From Torpedo marmorata (Eukaryota), in the NCBI GenBank assembly GCA_977017645.1, contig OZ360237.1, forward strand, positions 15,686,001 through 15,750,000: 64,000 bases of DNA, given 5' to 3'. The translations under genes were made by a program, and so were the position numbers. Below are positions 58,480 through 64,000 of the stretch, piece by piece. The notes beneath the pieces are model-generated. The model was not told the DNA's origin. It did not search any database and saw only the letters and a program-made list of their open reading frames with translations. The first letter of the stretch is position 1. Each line of letters opens with the position of its first letter.

Positions 58480-59620
58480 CCTTCCAATATAGCAAAAAAT
58501 AAAGTGTAAATAAATAGACAACAGGATGTGTCATCAGGAACAAGAGTGATCATGGAATTAGCATTATTTATAGAGAAGTCCTTAATTAACAGCATTGCTG
58601 GCCAGGCACTTGAAGCAACTCCAGCAATTAATTGCTTACAGCTCAGCGTGGAGAGGTTATCTGTGTGAGGTGATGGTTGTTGAGGCAGGGTGAACACTGA
58701 GCTCTCGAGCTCAGGACTACACCCCAGCTCTCGGCTGAGAGTGGTCATTGACAGACCACCTGATTCCTGCAGCCTCTTTCATTACTCAGTGTTGGATGTG
58801 ATGTAAGCTGCCTTCTCCTCTTTGTTTAGCTGCACAGCTCTCCCCAACCTGAAGTAAAACACAAAAATCTGTAGACACCGTGGTTGAAGTAAAAAACACA
58901 AATGCTGGAGAAACTCAGCATGTCAAACAGTGTCTTTTATGTTGCAAAGGTAGAAATACATAACTGACGTTTCGGGCTTGAGCCCTTCATCAAAGTATGA
59001 GAAAATCCGGCAGGCGTCCGAACAAAAAACGCCTGCCGGCATTTTCTCATACTTTGATGAAGGGCTCAAGCCTGAAACGTCGGTTATGTATTTCTACCTT
59101 TGCTACATAAAAGACACTGTTTGACCTGCTGAGTTTCTCCACCATTTGTGTTTTTTACTTTTCCTCAACCTGAAGGTTGCTCAAGGTACCACAGTTGAGC
59201 TTGCAACCCTAGTGATGAGGGAGACTATCAGATGCAGTGGATGTTAATTCCCAGAACCAGTCCCTCAGTTTCAAGCTATGGCTTCATTGCTGGGGAGCAC
59301 CAGCGGAGGGGAAGAATTTGCTCCCTGTTCTTTACACAGCAATGTGTAGCCAGACAATATCTGTTTTATAGAGTGGCTAAATACCAGGTGTTGGCTTGTC
59401 TACAATGTGTTCTAGCTTGCTTCCTGATACAAATTGGAGATGAAGAATACTCTGTAGAGTAGCTCTGAGCCTGGTACCAGTGTAAACCCTATATATGAAA
59501 ATGGCCAGAGGCTAAACTATCATTTTACACCTGTTCTACAGTTAAATCATTTTTGGTAGCAGTTATTTTTTTAATATTTAGTGTCTAAAATGAAACAGGG
59601 TAATTAATTTAAGTATAGAG
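58480..59620 (-). pseudogene. NP: Influenza-like NP EVE, about aa 130-380 (tandem with 56710-57960)
   Basis: ITLFH~MMIWH; FVSGSKLEH (about 45 bp shared with 57652-57697); ETEGLVL~EIEDLIF; RVASSTVVP~SVASKVVLP; DNLSTLS~EDLRVLS. Confidence 0.58.
58855..59161. mobile_element. Palindromic Penelope-derived MITE-like insertion
   Basis: Arms 58887-59017 and 59029-59160 are inverted; flanking direct repeat CAACCTGAAG at 58845 and 59166. Confidence 0.8.
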
Positions 59621-59639
59621 AAGACCTTAACTAACAGCA

Positions 59640-59880
59640 TCGATGCTTTGAAGGGAACCAAAAGCAAAACAACAAATTAAATGTGACCATGTCAAATTCA
59701 TTAGAAATATAGACACAGAAGATGGAGTAGATGATGGCTACTGGTGTAACAATCAGCAACCCAACAATAAAATCAATGTGAACAAGGGTAAAAGACAGGG
59801 AAAAGTATAAACCGCTAAATAGGGGGACTAAAGTAGGGAAATGAACATCACTGACATCAAAATCAGTTGGCTTGGATAAG
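59640..59880 (+). pseudogene. PB2: Influenza-like PB2 N-terminal EVE
   Basis: DHVKFIRN~DHMAIIKK; KME*MMA (59719-59739; TAG is one change from TGG)~RMKWMMA. Confidence 0.55.
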
Positions 59881-59979
59881 ATAGAGGCACTGCGAGTGGA
59901 GATGGTGTCTTCATAGCTCCAGGGACCTGGGTTCAATCTCAACCTTGTTGTCTGTGAGAAGTTTTGTACATTCTTATGA

Positions 59980-62900
59980 CCACTTTCTATCCCACACCTG
60001 AAACACATTTCTGATATCTCTGGTTTTGACTTGTGTAGTGTTTGTGGTGTGAGATACAATTGGTGTAGGAAATTATATTGAACCAGCCTATATCTGGCAT
60101 TAATGACTGCTGTCATGCTATCTAAACACCAGTCTGACCAGCATCGTTCGTGAATTGTTGTTCCCAAGTCTGACTCCCACCTCTCTCTCGATCTTTGTAG
60201 GCCCGGCTTAGGGCTTTCGCTTGGCGTACGAAATACATTCCAGATATGAATTTAGGTGCATTTCCCAATCGATGCAACTTTTCCATTTCATTACACCTAG
60301 GTGGGGTCATTGTAGGACCCCATCTATCCCTCAAGAAGGATCTTAGTTGAAGAAAACAGTAGAAGGTTCCATTAGACAAATCATATTTACTCTTCAATTG
60401 CTCAAAAGACATAAGTTGTCCTTTCTTGTAACAGTCTTCAATATATCGGAGTCCCTTCTGGTGCCAAATGTTTAAAATTTTGTTACCCAAAGCCATGGGT
60501 ATAGTTTCGTTTTGGATCAAAGGTGCCTTTGGAGATATTTCCACCTTTCCTCCAGTACATTCAATGATTTCCTGCCAAATCTTAATCATATGTTTCAGAA
60601 TGGGATTGTCCGTTCGCCTAGATATTAATTTGGTGTTCCATTTGTAGAAAAAGTCCTTTGCTATTTTCTCTCCTATGGTGTGTAGTCCAATTTGGACCCA
60701 TGAGGGGGGATCGTCCCCCTCGAAAAAGGATGAAAGAAACCTCGACTGAGCTGCTAAATAATATTTCTTAAAATCTGGTAATCGCAAACCCCCCCAAATT
60801 GTAATCCCATGTCAGCTTCTCCATGGAAACTCTGGAGACCTTACCACTCCAGATAAATTGCCTTACATGTCCGTTAAGTGCTTTAAAAAAGACCCGCGGC
60901 AATTGGATTGGCAAGGACTGAAAGAGGTATTGCAGTCTCGGCATCACCTTCATTTTAATGCAGTTCACCCTGCCCACTAGAGTAATGGGCAGGTCCCTCC
61001 ACCTAAGTAAATCATCTTCGATCTTTCCAAGCATAGGGAGGTAGTGAAGTCTATACAAATTTTGCAAATCATTGTTAATCATTATTCCCAAATATTTAAT
61101 ACCCTTTGGTTGCCAATAAAGCAACTCTTTTGTTGATATTCCCCGTAATCAAATTTTTTCAACGGCATGATCTCACTTTTTTCTAAATTGATTTTGTAAC
61201 CCGAAATCATGCCGTAATCTTCCAGTGTGGTCTGCAACCTGGCCAAGGACTCGGCAGGGTCCGTCAAATACAACAACACATCATCTGCAAATAAATTAAT
61301 TTTATGTTCCACTTGGTCCACCCTGAATCCTTTTATGTCTGGGTCCCGCCTAATAGATTCTGCCAGTGTCTCAATTGCCAAGATAAAAAGACCTGGAGAC
61401 AGTGGGCAACCCTGTCTGCTAGACCTACTTAAGGGGAATGCCGATGATATCTGGCCATTCGTAATGATCTTGGCCCGAGGTTTGTAATAAAACGTTCTTA
61501 CCCAATTAATAAATGATTCTCCCAATCCAAATTTCTCCAGTACTTTAAATAAGAAAGGCCATTCCAGCCTATCGAAAGGTTTTTCTCTGCATCCAAAGAC
61601 ACGGCTATACTTGGGTCTGCCTTTGATTGTGCCAAATGTATAATACTCAATAGTCTGCCCAAATTGTTGGCCGAGTGTCTCTTCTTAATAAAGCCGACTT
61701 GGTCCGAATTTATCAATTTTGGTAAATATTGACCCAATCTATTAGCCAATGCCTTGGCTATTATTTTGTAGTTCGCATTTTAATAATTAAAAGGGCCTGT
61801 ATGAAGAAGGTTTTAATGGGTCTCTATTTTTCTTTGGTATAACCGTAATAATAGCTGTTGAAAAGGATTCCGGGAGAGTCCGTGTTTCTGCCGCCTGGTT
61901 AACTACATTCATAATAAGAGGCATCAAAAGATCCTTAAACTCTCTGTAGAATTCAGGCGGGAAACCATCTTCTCCCGGCGATTTATTCGGCTGTAGAGAA
62001 CCCAAGGCTTTTTCAATCTCCTCTTCGGAGAATGGGGCACCTAATTCCATCTGATCCTCCTGGTCCAACTTTGGTAATTCAATCGTGGACAGGAACTCAT
62101 CTATTGTAGTTAAGTCACTTGGCGACTTTGACTCATACAATTTTGCATAAAACTGTTTAAAAGTGTCATTGATCTCTTTTGGATTGTACGATGTCTTATC
62201 CGGTCCCGAATGAACTGCATTAATTGTCCTCGAAGTCTCCTCTGTCCTCAATTGCCAAGACAAAACCTTATGTGCTCTTTCCCCTAATTCATAGTATTTC
62301 TGCTTAGATCTTAAAATGTCCTTCTCCATTTTGTATGTTTGTAAAGTATTATATTTAAGTTTCTTATTTACCAAAGTTTGATATTTATCTTTTGATCCCG
62401 ACTGTTGGTATTCCTTTTCCAATTTTAAAATCTCCCCTTCCAAATTGTTTATTTCCGCCATATATTTTTTCTTGACATTTTTGGTGTATGAAATTATTTG
62501 CCCCCTTAGATACGCCTTCAATGTATCCCATATTAGAAAACTATTATTAGTAGAGGGGCAGTTTGTTTCGCAAAACAAACTTATCTGACCCCTTATAAAA
62601 CTACAGAAATCTGGTCTTTTCAACAGCGTAGAATTAAGGCGCCATCTGTACGCATTAGCTTGTTTATCTGGCATTACCATAGACAAAATCAAGGGCGCGT
62701 GGTCCGATAGAAGTCTGGCTTGATATTCCGATTCAATCACTCTGCCTTCTAATTGTGCAGACATCAGGAAATAGTCAATTCTGGTGTAAGAATCATGGGG
62801 CTTTAAATAAAAGGAGTAGTCTCTAGCTTGAGGGTGCAACTGTCTCTATACATCTATTAGGTTTAAATCTTTCATGAAAGCCAAGGTTCTTTTAGCCGCC

Positions 62901-64000
62901 CTGGCTTTCTTAACTGTCTTTGCCGATTTATCCAGAATGGGATCCAGACAGAAGTTAAAATCCACACCAATCAAAATGTTTTGTTGTCCTCCTGTCACTC
63001 TCAAAAAAATATTCTGCATAAATGACTAGTTGTCAAAATTTGGTGCGTAAAGATTCAAGAGTGTCCAGGGTTCTGAGTAAATCTGACAATGTACCATCAC
63101 ATATCTTCCTGCCGAGTCAACAACGGTGTCCCCAACTACCACCGGAACATTTTTATTTATTAAGATAGCTATCCCCGTGGCTTTGGAGTTAAAAGAAGAT
63201 GCAGCTATCTGTCCCACCCAACCTCTTTTTAATTTGCTATGCTCCTGCTTTGTAAGATGCGTTTCCTGTAAGAAAACTATATCCGCCTGTAGCTTTTTAA
63301 GGTGTGCCAAGACTCTTTTCCTCTTTATGGGTCCGTTCAATCCATTAACATTAAAACGAAGACATTTTATAGTCTTACTCATTTGAATATATGTGCAGTT
63401 CCATCCCATTTTTATAGCCCCTTTGTATATTTTTTCTATGGTGTGTCTGTCCCTTTTTACAATAATATATCTGTTCAGCACTGACGATGACGCTAAAAAA
63501 AAACCCAAAAGCCCGCGAAAAAAAACCGATTATATAAAAAAAAAAAAAAAACAAAAAAAAAAAAAACAGTCCCTTCCCCTTGCTCCAGCACCAACAACAA
63601 CACCCACTCCTTTGGCGCCATCAACCCCCTCAAGACGGGGTGCACTTAGTGCCCTCTTTGGCATACTTAATTAACTAGCTAATCAGCTAACCGTACCGCC
63701 CAACTCCCCTCGAGCTCTTTGCCTCTTTATATTATTAACCTTAAAAACCATTATTTACACAATATAACACAACTCAGTATAACAATACTATTACAAAAAA
63801 CTAAACCATCCCTCTTAACCAGCGTCCCACTTTAAGTTCAATCAAAGTCCTTCTTTCCTCCTCGTTCCTTTCACCAAACCTTAGGATCTCCCCGGGAGGT
63901 CTCGAACAAAGTCTGCAGCCTCCTGGGGCGTCCCGAAGAACTCTCTGCCTCCTTCTGGTGTGTCGAGCCTCAGCGTCGCGGGGTGGAGTAGCGCATATGG
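59980..64000 (-). mobile_element. Older L1 (end of ORF1, spacer, frameshifted ORF2)
   Basis: ORF1 C-terminus YALLHPATLR..FFGTPQEA; NVNGLN..FLQETH; SDHAP; QGCPLSP; FADD; CFRC. Confidence 0.92.

Noticed and set aside
58491-58504. Influenza segment terminus AGCAAAA
   Set aside because: Low-complexity match on the strand opposite the NP reading, and it lacks the GCAGG core.

Overview
Vertebrate genomic DNA, most likely a cartilaginous fish (inferred from the CR1/HE1-like SINE/Penelope repertoire), with no recognisable host gene. Most of the window is nested transposable elements: L1, CR1, Rex1/Babar, Tx1, RTE, Gypsy, BEL/Pao, Tc1, MITEs, SINEs and Penelope pieces. Nearly every stretch left between the TEs translates, with stops and frameshifts, into colinear pieces of influenza A/B-like proteins: NA (5 pieces), PB2 (6), NP (3), PA (3), HA, M1 and NS1. 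That covers 7 of the 8 segments; PB1 was not seen. Several pieces stay colinear across the TEs inserted into them. The window therefore looks like a large, old, TE-invaded archive of influenza-like endogenous viral elements (EVEs), possibly a piRNA-cluster-like locus. These assignments are by-eye alignments to influenza sequences recalled from memory, not database results, and need tBLASTn/HMM confirmation. EVE and old-repeat boundaries are approximate.
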